This document shows positions 46,073 to 54,836 of a DNA stretch of 64,000 bases, piece by piece. The translations under genes were made by a program, and so were the position numbers. The notes below the pieces were generated by a model. That model was given only the letters and a program-made list of their open reading frames with translations. It made no database searches and was not told where the DNA came from. How positions within the stretch are numbered: the stretch's first letter is position 1; every line of letters starts with the position of its first letter. This DNA is from a virus (taxonomy: Duplodnaviria; Heunggongvirae; Uroviricota; Caudoviricetes). The stretch spans positions 1 through 64,000 of the IMG/VR virus record IMGVR_UViG_3300012996_000001. One strand, written 5' to 3'.

Positions 46073-46500
46073 TGACTTACACAATGCAAAAGTACCTGAA
46101 GGACTGGCTATGGTGGGCAACCGCAAGTGAAAAAGATTGCGGCACACTTCGCTACAAACTCCTGTCTACGCGGCTAGTCGGTGGTGTCGGGTTGTGTGAC
46201 AACCCTATTTTCTGGGCTGCGGATCCGGAGACAGCGGAAGGACTGAAGAGGGAGATGGATGCGATGCTGGCAAAAGAGTTTCCAGGCAAGGCTTTCCCTT
46301 TCAATATCGATACCCGTCACTATATTTCAGAGGCGAGCTTCAGCATTTGCCACAAAAATGCAAAGCGTGTTTCTTGGGTACGTGAAAAACTGGCCGAAAT
46401 GGATACTCAGTTGGCGGCAATGCAGGAACTCACTGACTTAGGGCAGGAGATTCAAAAATCAGCCGAAATGCACAATATTTCAGTTAAAATGCAGAAATAG
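46072..46500 (+). CDS. hypothetical protein (142 aa)
   Basis: ORF. Confidence 0.4.
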   Translation: MTYTMQKYLKDWLWWATASEKDCGTLRYKLLSTRLVGGVGLCDNPIFWAADPETAEGLKREMDAMLAKEFPGKAFPFNIDTRHYISEASFSICHKNAKRVSWVREKLAEMDTQLAAMQELTDLGQEIQKSAEMHNISVKMQK

Positions 46501-46558
46501 CTGAAAAATTAGCAAAAATTGCAGGTATTCTTCAAGTTTTAGGCCAAAAAGAGGATTT

Positions 46559-46939
46559 ATGATACCTTTTACTGCAAGGATTGGGCACATAACCGAGATG
46601 TGCCGCACGAAAGAAAACCCCGATACGAGAGCATTCCGCTGGAATACCCCGGGTCCTAAATGGGTTTTACTGCACAGTTCCGCAGAGGAAGCTACCATTT
46701 GTGAGAAAAGGCATGAGCGCAGATGCCGCCTGATGATAAGGGCTATAATAGCGGCACAGGATATTTTCCGGCAGAGAAGGGAGGGAGGAGATTTCCTTTG
46801 CACATACCGCCAACTTAGGCGAATGCTAATTGAACTTGGTAATTTGAAAAAGCCGGAGAGAGAATATCTGCACCACTCGTTTCATGTCGTATCTTTTGGA
46901 GCGACTGCTATCCCTTGGGGATTGGAGAGAATGTCATGA
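46559..46939 (+). CDS. hypothetical protein (126 aa)
   Basis: ORF. Confidence 0.4.
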   Translation: MIPFTARIGHITEMCRTKENPDTRAFRWNTPGPKWVLLHSSAEEATICEKRHERRCRLMIRAIIAAQDIFRQRREGGDFLCTYRQLRRMLIELGNLKKPEREYLHHSFHVVSFGATAIPWGLERMS

Positions 46940-47163
46940 TCAAGAGTTTCATCCTCTGGATGATTTTTGCACCGTTCGGCCTCATGCTAGCTGGGCTTAT
47001 CGCGGCTTGTATGGGGGTTGGTTTGGTTTGCTTTTTGACTTGGGATCCTGAACCTTTTAGAATTTTCCTTGATGGGTTTGATAATGTACCCTGGATGAGT
47101 GTACGACTAGCTTACCTTGTTTCATTTGTCTTATCTGTGGCTGTATGGCCTTTTGGAGACTGA
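46936..47163 (+). CDS. membrane protein
   Basis: ORF. Confidence 0.35.
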   Translation: MIKSFILWMIFAPFGLMLAGLIAACMGVGLVCFLTWDPEPFRIFLDGFDNVPWMSVRLAYLVSFVLSVAVWPFGD

Positions 47164-47167
47164 TCGA

Positions 47168-47548
47168 ATGTCTGATTACCGATACAAAAACCCTCAAGCC
47201 GAGGGCTACGTGAAGTTTATAGTGCCAGTAAAGACTCATAAAAAGTTCTTCCCTAAAAGTGTTACACGCCGGGGATCTTTAATTGAGTATTACTACAATC
47301 CTGAAACAGAGACCCTTAAAATACAACGCTTTACAAAGGCTTGGGCCAGAGTTTTGCTTATACTGCTGTTGTTTATCCCGGCGATTTTTATGCAGGGGAT
47401 CCCTGAGACGATCAAGGACACGAAGGAATTGTTCTTTGAACGCAAGTATGGAAAGTTCGTTGAAGACATTGTCTTCATGAACTACAATGACAACGCAGAC
47501 CTGGAAAAGTTAGTCAAGGCGGAATACTCAAAAAGGAAGGTGATGTAG
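47168..47548 (+). CDS. hypothetical membrane-associated protein
   Basis: ORF. Confidence 0.35.
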   Translation: MSDYRYKNPQAEGYVKFIVPVKTHKKFFPKSVTRRGSLIEYYYNPETETLKIQRFTKAWARVLLILLLFIPAIFMQGIPETIKDTKELFFERKYGKFVEDIVFMNYNDNADLEKLVKAEYSKRKVM

Positions 47549-47805
47549 TGGACTACGTTATTGTAAAGAAAGAAATTTATGAGGGGACGCGGCTGGTAGA
47601 GAAGCGGTATTATATCAAGCGGCGATTTGGTGGTATATTTTACAGATTCCTGACTCAATATGACCACGAAACAGAAAAGCAACTACCTTTGTATTACAAC
47701 GACTTCTCCGATGTGGAAAATCACATCAAAGAAGACCGAAAAAAGCGTAAGATTTTTCGCACAGAGACAACACTACTGGATGAGGTGGGGAGGCCATTGA
47801 AATGA
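47548..47805 (+). CDS. hypothetical protein (85 aa)
   Basis: ORF. Confidence 0.35.
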   Translation: MDYVIVKKEIYEGTRLVEKRYYIKRRFGGIFYRFLTQYDHETEKQLPLYYNDFSDVENHIKEDRKKRKIFRTETTLLDEVGRPLK

Positions 47806-47990
47806 CAACAACCAATAAACTGCCGCTGGTTCCTGACAGCCCTGAAGAAGAGGAACTGGAACAGCGAGTCTTTGATTTCCTTTACAACCAAGAGGATGTC
47901 CGTGTACCTCCGGAGGCAGAAGAGATTATCAAAGAACTGTGGGCTGAGGTTGTCAAGCGCCAGGTTTGGTACGAAGAAAAAACGGAGTGA
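47802..47990 (+). CDS. hypothetical acidic protein (62 aa)
   Basis: ORF. Confidence 0.35.
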   Translation: MTTTNKLPLVPDSPEEEELEQRVFDFLYNQEDVRVPPEAEEIIKELWAEVVKRQVWYEEKTE

Positions 47991-48196
47991 TGATGAAAAA
48001 TTTCCGAGTAGTCCGGGTTGAATACGACCATTTCCTGTGCGGAACCAAGGAGACCTACGCCCTCCAGCGCCGCATCGGTATATTCTTTTGGTACACCGTT
48101 TACCATTGCGACAGCGTGACGCAGTGTATGACCTGTTATCGCAACGTCAAGAATAAGAAGGAGCGTATCATTCGTGTCCTCCATAAGCACCCCTGA
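47990..48196 (+). CDS. hypothetical protein
   Basis: ATGA overlap with the upstream stop. Confidence 0.35.
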   Translation: MMKNFRVVRVEYDHFLCGTKETYALQRRIGIFFWYTVYHCDSVTQCMTCYRNVKNKKERIIRVLHKHP

Positions 48197-48641
48197 GGTA
48201 AACTACGAAGTATGGAATCAGGCCCTTCGTAGAAGTCGCCGGAGAGGTAAAATACTGGTTATCTACCAGGCAGGTAGCTTGTCCCACGCAGAGCTTTGCA
48301 AAAAAGACAAACTGAAGGAATTTTATTTCTTAGGGGGCGATAAAGATCCTGTCCGGTGTGTGTCGGGTATGGAGTTGAGCGGCCTGATCATGGAGCCGGG
48401 GACTGTTTTTAACAGGGACCAGATGGGTTACATCCTTGGCCGGATGAAAGCGCCGGATGATGAGTGGATATTTATTCTTGACGAAAATCAATGGCTAGCC
48501 ACAGCCAGTTATCTCCAAGAGGCTCAGGAGATACTGAACAACAAGGAGAGAATAGCTAAGTTTATGAAAGATATAGACATTGCCCTTGACAGGGGAGAGT
48601 ACCTTAAACGTTGCTGGGGGTATGAAAAATGGCAGCAATAA
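48174..48641 (+). CDS. hypothetical protein (155 aa)
   Basis: ORF. Confidence 0.4.
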   Translation: MSSISTPEVNYEVWNQALRRSRRRGKILVIYQAGSLSHAELCKKDKLKEFYFLGGDKDPVRCVSGMELSGLIMEPGTVFNRDQMGYILGRMKAPDDEWIFILDENQWLATASYLQEAQEILNNKERIAKFMKDIDIALDRGEYLKRCWGYEKWQQ

Positions 48642-48910
48642 AGTTAGACCAGATGACTACTTTACAGATGTTAGCAGCAGAGGCTCTCTATAGGAAATGT
48701 TGTAGCCAGAAAGAAAGTAATTTTTACGCAACAGGTCTTGTGCGTATCTATTACAAGGCATCTATGAATGTGCGTAAGAGATGTTTGCCCCGGGGTAAAG
48801 CTTATGCAAGAGCATACCGCAGAGAAATGAACCCGAACATAGACTTCAGTTTGCCCGTGGGAGACCCGGAAAGATATAGCCACATGAAGAAAAGGTTGTG
48901 GAGTAAGTGA
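48629..48910 (+). CDS. hypothetical protein (93 aa)
   Basis: ORF. Confidence 0.35.
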   Translation: MAAIKLDQMTTLQMLAAEALYRKCCSQKESNFYATGLVRIYYKASMNVRKRCLPRGKAYARAYRREMNPNIDFSLPVGDPERYSHMKKRLWSK

Positions 48911-48955
48911 TCGCCTGATATACTCTTCGTAACCTAAATAAAAAGGAACGCGATC

Positions 48956-49150
48956 ATGACAAAAAACTACGATGCCCCAGACTTGCCTTTCACTCGTGAG
49001 CAAGTCCAAGACATGCTTACTTGGGAACCTTTCGAATCTTTAGATCGGTGCTACAGGAGCTTGGAAAGGAACGGTAGGCTCATGGGAGAGGTACAAAGAT
49101 ACCGCATCCTACTGGTCCTTGGTGTGATAGAGGAGAACATAAGACTATGA
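48956..49150 (+). CDS. hypothetical protein (64 aa)
   Basis: ORF. Confidence 0.35.
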   Translation: MTKNYDAPDLPFTREQVQDMLTWEPFESLDRCYRSLERNGRLMGEVQRYRILLVLGVIEENIRL

Positions 49151-49332
49151 CTTTATCATCTGATTTCAAATCGAGGGTAGATCGTAAAACCAAGGAAATG
49201 TCGGACGAACAAATCCTCCTGATGATAAATTGTTCAAGCAAGATCGCGAATGAGCGACCGGACCTTTTTACTGTGGCTTACGCACTGGTCCACTTTGTAG
49301 AAGAAGCCGAGAAGAGAGGTTTACTGAAATGA
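49147..49332 (+). CDS. hypothetical protein (61 aa)
   Basis: ORF. Confidence 0.35.
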   Translation: MTLSSDFKSRVDRKTKEMSDEQILLMINCSSKIANERPDLFTVAYALVHFVEEAEKRGLLK

Positions 49333-49772
49333 GCATTTACCATCGCACCCAGCCAACTAAAGACTCTTGCATGGCGACCTGCATCGCAATGTTGGCAGAT
49401 TTAGATGTTGACTTTGCCTACGGGCGCTGGCACAAGAAGTTTCAGAACAGGAGCGCCTGGTTAGACACGGCGCTGGATGTGTATAACATCCCGTACTTTT
49501 ACGGCAGTCCTCGCGAAGCTCGTCTGAACAAAGGCTTCGCCTATTTGCTGTGCGTGCCGAGCCTGAACATCCGTGGTGGTCTGCATCAAGTGGTGGCGCT
49601 GTACCCGCACAACGCTGAACCGGGAAAAGTTACGATCCTCGATCCTGTAAAGGGCCGTGGAGGATTTCACTACATATACCATCAAGAACCGAATGAGGAA
49701 GATAAAGAGGTTGAGTTAATATCCTGGACTATCGACCTCGCAATTCCTCTTTGTGAAGGAGCGGCATCATGA
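49329..49772 (+). CDS. papain-like (C39-like) cysteine peptidase candidate
   Basis: N-terminal QPTKDSCMATCIAM resembles the C39 Q...CG.A motif. A later LHQVVALY supplies a candidate catalytic His. Confidence 0.3.
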   Translation: MSIYHRTQPTKDSCMATCIAMLADLDVDFAYGRWHKKFQNRSAWLDTALDVYNIPYFYGSPREARLNKGFAYLLCVPSLNIRGGLHQVVALYPHNAEPGKVTILDPVKGRGGFHYIYHQEPNEEDKEVELISWTIDLAIPLCEGAAS

Positions 49773-49966
49773 GCAATATGGAAAATTCAAGAGTTGAAGA
49801 CGTCCCTCACGTCATAAAGGACTCTGATGGGACAGTTGTAGCTATCGCACGCAATCTCGACATGGCCGAGAGTTTAGCTTCTGCCAGTCGGGAAGGATTC
49901 TGTGTGATAAGGGAAGCGGACGAAGATGACATAGCGGCGTTTGGACGCCGTCTGGTGGACGCATGA
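49769..49966 (+). CDS. hypothetical protein (65 aa)
   Basis: ORF. Confidence 0.35.
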   Translation: MSNMENSRVEDVPHVIKDSDGTVVAIARNLDMAESLASASREGFCVIREADEDDIAAFGRRLVDA

Positions 49967-50118
49967 CTCTCGGCATCGTAATCCTCGGCGGGTTCCTGCT
50001 GATAATAGCGGCGGGGGTGGTTGGGTATTACTTCGAGCGTTACCTAGATAGACGCTGGGCCAAGCAGGCCACAGAACGTATCTGGGAAAAACGCGATCAA
50101 TGGCTAAAGAGGGGCTAG
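49963..50118 (+). CDS. small membrane peptide (51 aa)
   Basis: ATG overlapping the upstream stop. One TM helix. Confidence 0.3.
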   Translation: MTLGIVILGGFLLIIAAGVVGYYFERYLDRRWAKQATERIWEKRDQWLKRG

Positions 50119-50119
50119 T

Positions 50120-50353
50120 ATGACGGAAGTTTACCGCACGATCACCTTTATGAACGATACCCCTGGTGCCGGGCTGGAAGTGGGAATAAAATACCCGATT
50201 ATCGAAATAAATGGGATTAATACGATAGTCGATCAGAACGGGAATTATCACAATGAACCGAAAGATTCTAAGTTTTTAGACTATTGCCAGCCCTACTACT
50301 CTTTGCAAATAGTTAAATACGATGCCGAGACTCGGCTGTGGACGATGGTTTAG
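50120..50353 (+). CDS. hypothetical protein (77 aa)
   Basis: ORF. Confidence 0.35.
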   Translation: MTEVYRTITFMNDTPGAGLEVGIKYPIIEINGINTIVDQNGNYHNEPKDSKFLDYCQPYYSLQIVKYDAETRLWTMV

Positions 50354-50368
50354 GACAGGAGATATACT

Positions 50369-50707
50369 GTGGTAAAAGAAGATGACTGGCTGAAGGGACC
50401 TTTAGGTGTGCAGGAGTACCGCTTGAAAGAAGAGCCGGATTTTCGCGCTAACCTTTCATTCAAGCCGGACGAGAATGGTATTTTCTACGCAACACCGGAG
50501 TTCAGGACGCATGAGGACAGCGAGGATTGTTTCGGATGGTGGGCTTCTTACGGAGGTACGCTGTACGGCCCTGGTCCCAGAGGCCGCACCTTTTTGATTT
50601 CAAAAGAGGGCTTGTCTGAAAAGGAAATGGCATACCTGATCAAAGGCTTCAGTGGATTCGGAGAATTCAAGGAGAGAGGGGATATCCTGATGTGGACCTT
50701 TAAATAA
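50369..50707 (+). CDS. hypothetical protein (112 aa)
   Basis: ORF. Confidence 0.4.
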   Translation: MVKEDDWLKGPLGVQEYRLKEEPDFRANLSFKPDENGIFYATPEFRTHEDSEDCFGWWASYGGTLYGPGPRGRTFLISKEGLSEKEMAYLIKGFSGFGEFKERGDILMWTFK

Positions 50708-50743
50708 AGGTTGGGAGTTGACTCTGAAAAAGGAGATAAAATC

Positions 50744-51028
50744 ATGACACACAAAGACTGCGAGATTTGCCAAGAACAGGAAGACACAGTTAAAGGTATT
50801 CGACTGCTCCAACGGGCCATCGAAACCAGCATCTACCTCATGGTGGATAGGTCGGATAAAGCCGTTAAAGAAGAGCGGGATGCTCGGGCAGCGTTCGAAG
50901 CTTTCGTTGCTGAATTCCCACACTTGGCCCCAACAATAAAGGACTCTCCTGAAGAGTCCCAACAGGAAGAACCGCCTGAAGAGGCTAACCAGTCGTCTGC
51001 CTTAAGAGTCGGACCTGTTCTGTATTGA
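50744..51028 (+). CDS. hypothetical protein
   Basis: AAAGGAGA RBS. Confidence 0.4.
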   Translation: MTHKDCEICQEQEDTVKGIRLLQRAIETSIYLMVDRSDKAVKEERDARAAFEAFVAEFPHLAPTIKDSPEESQQEEPPEEANQSSALRVGPVLY

Positions 51029-51040
51029 GGATTTTGTTAA

Positions 51041-51568
51041 ATGGTAGATTTGATAGAGTTGGTGCTACAGGAGCTGGACAAACAAGGGCTTATGGCGTAT
51101 GTTGCTGGAGGTTTTGCACGGGACATGTTCTTCGGCACAAGCTTTGCCAAGGATGTCGACATAGCTTGTGTTTCGGTCAGTGATCGCGGACGGGCTGCGG
51201 CATTCCTAGAGCAGGCACTCCCTTTAAAAACGGGGTTGATTTTCCAGTCTTCAAGGACACTTCCACTGTCATGTTGCCAAGGGATTACTGACATATTCAA
51301 ATTCAAAAGTAAGTCTGGGTTTGGGTTGGATATCCTGTTGAAGAATAACTGTCAGACATTGCAGCAGGTTATGGATAACGTTGATTATAATCTCTCTCAG
51401 TTTGCATTGGTTGAGGGGACACCTAGATACTTAGGTAAAACCGATCTGAGGGTTCTGCACAAAGTAAGGACTTACGTCAGCGATCCCCGTGAAATAAAGA
51501 TGCAGCAAAGGCACACAGAGTTGTTACCCACAATACGGTCTTGGTATGATAGTGGATTACTGATCTAA
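51041..51568 (+). CDS. minimal Pol-beta-superfamily nucleotidyltransferase (CCA/poly(A)-polymerase head-domain-like), 175 aa
   Basis: AYVAGGFARDMFFGTSFAKDVDIA matches the G[GS]x9-13DxD NTase signature and the Cca head GGAVRDxxxGxxxxDxD. Confidence 0.45.
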   Translation: MVDLIELVLQELDKQGLMAYVAGGFARDMFFGTSFAKDVDIACVSVSDRGRAAAFLEQALPLKTGLIFQSSRTLPLSCCQGITDIFKFKSKSGFGLDILLKNNCQTLQQVMDNVDYNLSQFALVEGTPRYLGKTDLRVLHKVRTYVSDPREIKMQQRHTELLPTIRSWYDSGLLI

Positions 51569-52302
51569 GAAAGACGGGCCCACGGTGGCCCCACCCTTCC
51601 CAACATTCCCAAAATATCTCGCTACGCAGTCACGCCTGTTACCCACACAGCCCTACCTGAAGAGTCATACCTGTACCACTACGTGACCTGCACCTGGCGA
51701 CGCCAGAGTCTGACCTACCTCAAATATCCTGTGTCTACACTGTATGAATATCCAGTCCACTTTTTAGTGAAAATTCCCTCCCGCCAAAATTTTTGATCAC
51801 CGATCTACGGGGGTGGTCTATTCTGTGCATCTCCCAAAATATTTAAGGGCACACCTGAAGGTTCCCGCGTAGCGTGGGCCCTGTGGCGTAGCCTGTCCCA
51901 ACAGTGAAGGTTGTGTCGTGTCTCGTCTGAAGAGACTGAAGAGTCCCGTCTGTTACTTTGCCCAACATAACGAGAGCCTGAAGAGGCAGACTTGCCTCTG
52001 TCCCGATGTCAGATGCCCTGGCCTTGCCCTTGGTCGACGAAGACGGATTTTCAGTCAGTACGTTGGCAGTGGTGTTAGGCACGGCGATCAGGGGTGGGGT
52101 GGGGCCCTATCGATCTTTTGAAAATATCATAACAATCAATGGGTTAGCCTGCATCGCGTAGCTGTTGACACAACGATGATTCTATGATTCTTTTCCTTTT
52201 GGGCCAACATTTGTTTGACAAAGTGACCAACTTTACACTGCTCTGATTGACAGACCACTTCGACTGTGATCCCAACGTGAATACGCATTTAACATAACAT
52301 AC

Positions 52303-52466
52303 CTTATACGCACTCTCTTGAATGAGAATCATTCGCACAGCACACACAACCCGGGCCCGAAGGGCCTCGGGGTGAGAATGGTTATCATTTCCCAACATGA
52401 ATACGAATGATAATGAGTCCCAAGTGCAGATGAGATTCATTCTCCGATGAGAACCATTATCGTTTA
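52303..52466. repeat. array of five 17-19-bp Fur-box-like imperfect palindromes (ATGAGAATnATTATCATT family)
   Basis: Copies: aATGAGAATCATTCg, gTGAGAATGGTTATCATTt, GAATGATAATGAGtc (inverted), gATGAGATTCATTCtc and gATGAGAACCATTATCgt. Confidence 0.5.
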
Positions 52467-52984
52467 CGCAAAAGAAAATAAAAATAAAAATTTCTGTTGA
52501 CACGAAGACCGAATTTTGTCTAGCAAACCATACCCAAACCATACCTGTTAGCGCATTTTGTGAGCAAACACAGCCCTGCACAGGCTTACGGTGCCCTTCA
52601 CCCTGGCCGGGTAGTCACCCGGCACAGGTCCGCCTGTTTACGTATCTATGCACAGAACGCGATTCTTTATTCATGAAATAAACTCTTGACTTTCAAGGCT
52701 TACAGCCTCAATAAAGACCAATAGAAAAAGGGGGTAAAGCACTCAACACAAGTTAAACATAGTTTAACGTTGAGCGCTGGGAACAAGCTGAGACATTTTG
52801 CGTAAACTCAGCTTTTCACGTAGTGGAAAAGTGAATCTACGATTCATCGCTTTAGCGACAGTGTAGCAAAATGGGGCGGGTTGGTTACCCTTTTTCTATT
52901 GGTCGCTCCCTACGGTCGCGCCCTCAACACTCTGAGCGCTGGGAACGAAAGACTAAGGAAAAATTTTGTAAATTGTTGATTTAG

Positions 52985-53000
52985 TTAATGATAATCATTA
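52985..53000. promoter_or_regulatory. perfect Fur-box core AATGATAATCATTATC
   Basis: 16/16 identity to the centre of the E. coli Fur consensus GATAATGATAATCATTATC. Confidence 0.45.
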
Positions 53001-53355
53001 TCGTATGCACAGAAATGCATAAGTATTGTAAAGATTATTCAGGATTTCATGAGTTTACTGATTTAGACTTTATGCACATTTTATAGGTTGAGTCAACAGG
53101 GTTAAATCCTTCGTATAAGCCATCCTGAGCACAGTTAGGGTTGGGCAGTACCCTAGCCCATTTTGGCGGATATGTCGTTAATAAGCACTTTGCTGCATAG
53201 AATTGGATGAGAATAGATCGCATTTCCACAAAAGGGTAGTTTTAGGTTGGATTGTTGAATGATGGGTTACTACAGGTTGGGGGTGGCTGATCTGCCCACT
53301 TACCGTAGGCAAAGAAAAGCCCGCTCAAGGCGGGCCAGTCTCAGTATCTAATCTT

Positions 53356-53505
53356 TTATTCTTTAACTTCCTTTACCTCATACCCTCTCACACCGCGTAT
53401 TTGAGCAAACATGAACTTGCCTGTTTCCGAGGCGTCTTTGTATGTGTTATAAGTACCTTCTAACTCGATTTCGCCATCAAAGTGTTTTACGTAAAGTTGA
53501 AACAT
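53356..53505 (-). CDS. small hypothetical protein (49 aa)
   Basis: Not in the track. AAGGG RBS. Followed on the minus strand by terminator 53305-53340 (GGCCCGCCTTGAGCGGGC plus T-run). Confidence 0.35.
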   Translation of the reverse strand: MFQLYVKHFDGEIELEGTYNTYKDASETGKFMFAQIRGVRGYEVKEVKE

Positions 53506-53565
53506 AATTAAGCCCTTTTAGATCTGGGTTAGCGTTATTGCCTCCCGATGAAAAGATTATACGAC

Positions 53566-53590
53566 AAAAGCCCCTTTCGGGGCAAGTGTT
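53566..53590 (-). terminator. terminator hairpin GCCCC-GAAA-GGGGC, overlapped by the next minus-strand promoter (TTGCCC-N18-TATAAT, 53556-53585)
   Basis: Hairpin followed by TTTTGTCG on the minus strand. On the plus strand it also precedes a T-run. Confidence 0.45.
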
Positions 53591-53605
53591 TTTATGCTTT
53601 TACTG

Positions 53606-53791
53606 TTATTTTCTTTCACCTTCTATTGCGTCAATAAACGCGCTAACGTCCATTGTAAAACTTAAAGCGCCTGACCGCTTACAAGGAAGATCCCGCAAAT
53701 ACTCAATATTTCCTTGCATTACAATGGCTGTTTCTAGGTATCTTAACGCTTTATGTAAAATGTGTGCATTCGGGTAGTTTTCTTTTTTCAC
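53606..53791 (-). CDS. hypothetical protein (61 aa)
   Basis: ORF in the leftward early cluster. Confidence 0.35.
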   Translation of the reverse strand: MKKENYPNAHILHKALRYLETAIVMQGNIEYLRDLPCKRSGALSFTMDVSAFIDAIEGERK

Positions 53792-54003
53792 TCTATCACC
53801 TGATAGCCGATTGTTTCACACCAAGAGAGCGCTTGCTCTTTCGTGTCAAATCTGCATTTCTCTATTGCCTCGTTAGCCCGATAACCTGACTTTATTTTCA
53901 GAGTGTAATCAACTCTGTGACGATAACGATTAGTGATTATCTTAACTTTCATGGCGTTACCCTCATTTATTTTTACTTTCTTTTCACAAGATAGTCTGCC
54001 CAT
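53788..54003 (-). CDS. hypothetical protein (71 aa)
   Basis: ORF with ATGA overlap. Confidence 0.35.
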   Translation of the reverse strand: MGRLSCEKKVKINEGNAMKVKIITNRYRHRVDYTLKIKSGYRANEAIEKCRFDTKEQALSWCETIGYQVIE

Positions 54004-54221
54004 TCGAAAGACAAACTTAAGTTTTCGCCTGTTTCATCACCCACCCAAACCCCGTCGCCTTTGTATGTTGCTGTTGCCTTAAGGAAGTAATCTTCTCTGG
54101 CAACTGACCACTGGAAAGCGTGATAGACACAACCAATCTCAGCACAATAGGCCGGGCCCAATTTTTCAATGTCATTCACGATAGCCAATCTTGACTTAGC
54201 AAAGTAGTATTTTGGTTCCAT
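53973..54221 (-). CDS. hypothetical protein (82 aa)
   Basis: ORF. Confidence 0.35.
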   Translation of the reverse strand: MEPKYYFAKSRLAIVNDIEKLGPAYCAEIGCVYHAFQWSVAREDYFLKATATYKGDGVWVGDETGENLSLSFEWADYLVKRK

Positions 54222-54321
54222 GATTTTTACCTTTTGATTAGTAGATATTTACCCTATAGGAGAAATAATAGCAAAAAGGCCCACACCATGCAAGAGTGTA
54301 GGCCAATTATTTTTGTAAAGA

Positions 54322-54630
54322 TTAGCGGCTATTCGCCTTGAGCCAACGGCGCATAAAGCGATAAGCATTGTCTTTGTGTGGGCCTTCCCGTAGGCTTACC
54401 CTTTCCAGGTAATCAATAGACAATTCTCCGCGCTTACGGACTAAGCGCAAAAGGGACAAAGTGTTGGCTACCTTATGCCGGGGATCGTGCCTGATGCCGC
54501 CTGCATTCAGATTTACGACGCTGTGAATAGTCACTTTAGCCATCTTATCAAAAGCGCCATGAAACAGCTTTAAAGGCGGGGCCTTTCGTTGTTGATACCA
54601 GGCCAACACGGTTAAGGAAGTATTGATCAT
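54322..54630 (-). CDS. hypothetical basic protein (102 aa)
   Basis: ORF. Confidence 0.4.
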   Translation of the reverse strand: MINTSLTVLAWYQQRKAPPLKLFHGAFDKMAKVTIHSVVNLNAGGIRHDPRHKVANTLSLLRLVRKRGELSIDYLERVSLREGPHKDNAYRFMRRWLKANSR

Positions 54631-54800
54631 ATTTCACCCATGCATGATTGTTTGGTAGCAATAGTGTATGACCGGAATCAGGACAATGATCACGGCGTAG
54701 TCGACAACATCAAAAAACTCTTTTAAATCACGGATAACGTTTTTCATCTTTTCACCTGGCTGTAAGGAAGTTATTTCCGGGTCTCTTGCCCGATGAAAAG

Positions 54801-54829
54801 ATTATAGGTTATAACGTGAACCGATGCAA
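54801..54829 (-). promoter_or_regulatory. sigma70 promoter TTGCAT-N17-TATAAT (leftward)
   Basis: Reverse complement of ATGCAAgcgaattttatagctcaATTATA. Downstream 5' leader TCTTTTCATCGGG is shared with the promoters at 53556 and 55730. Confidence 0.5.
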
Positions 54830-54836
54830 GCGAATT

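Noticed and set aside
51581-51603. GC hairpin GGGCC-CACGGT-GGCCC as terminator of the rightward block
   Set aside because: No downstream T-run. It is more likely part of the inverted repeat bounding the 550-bp island.
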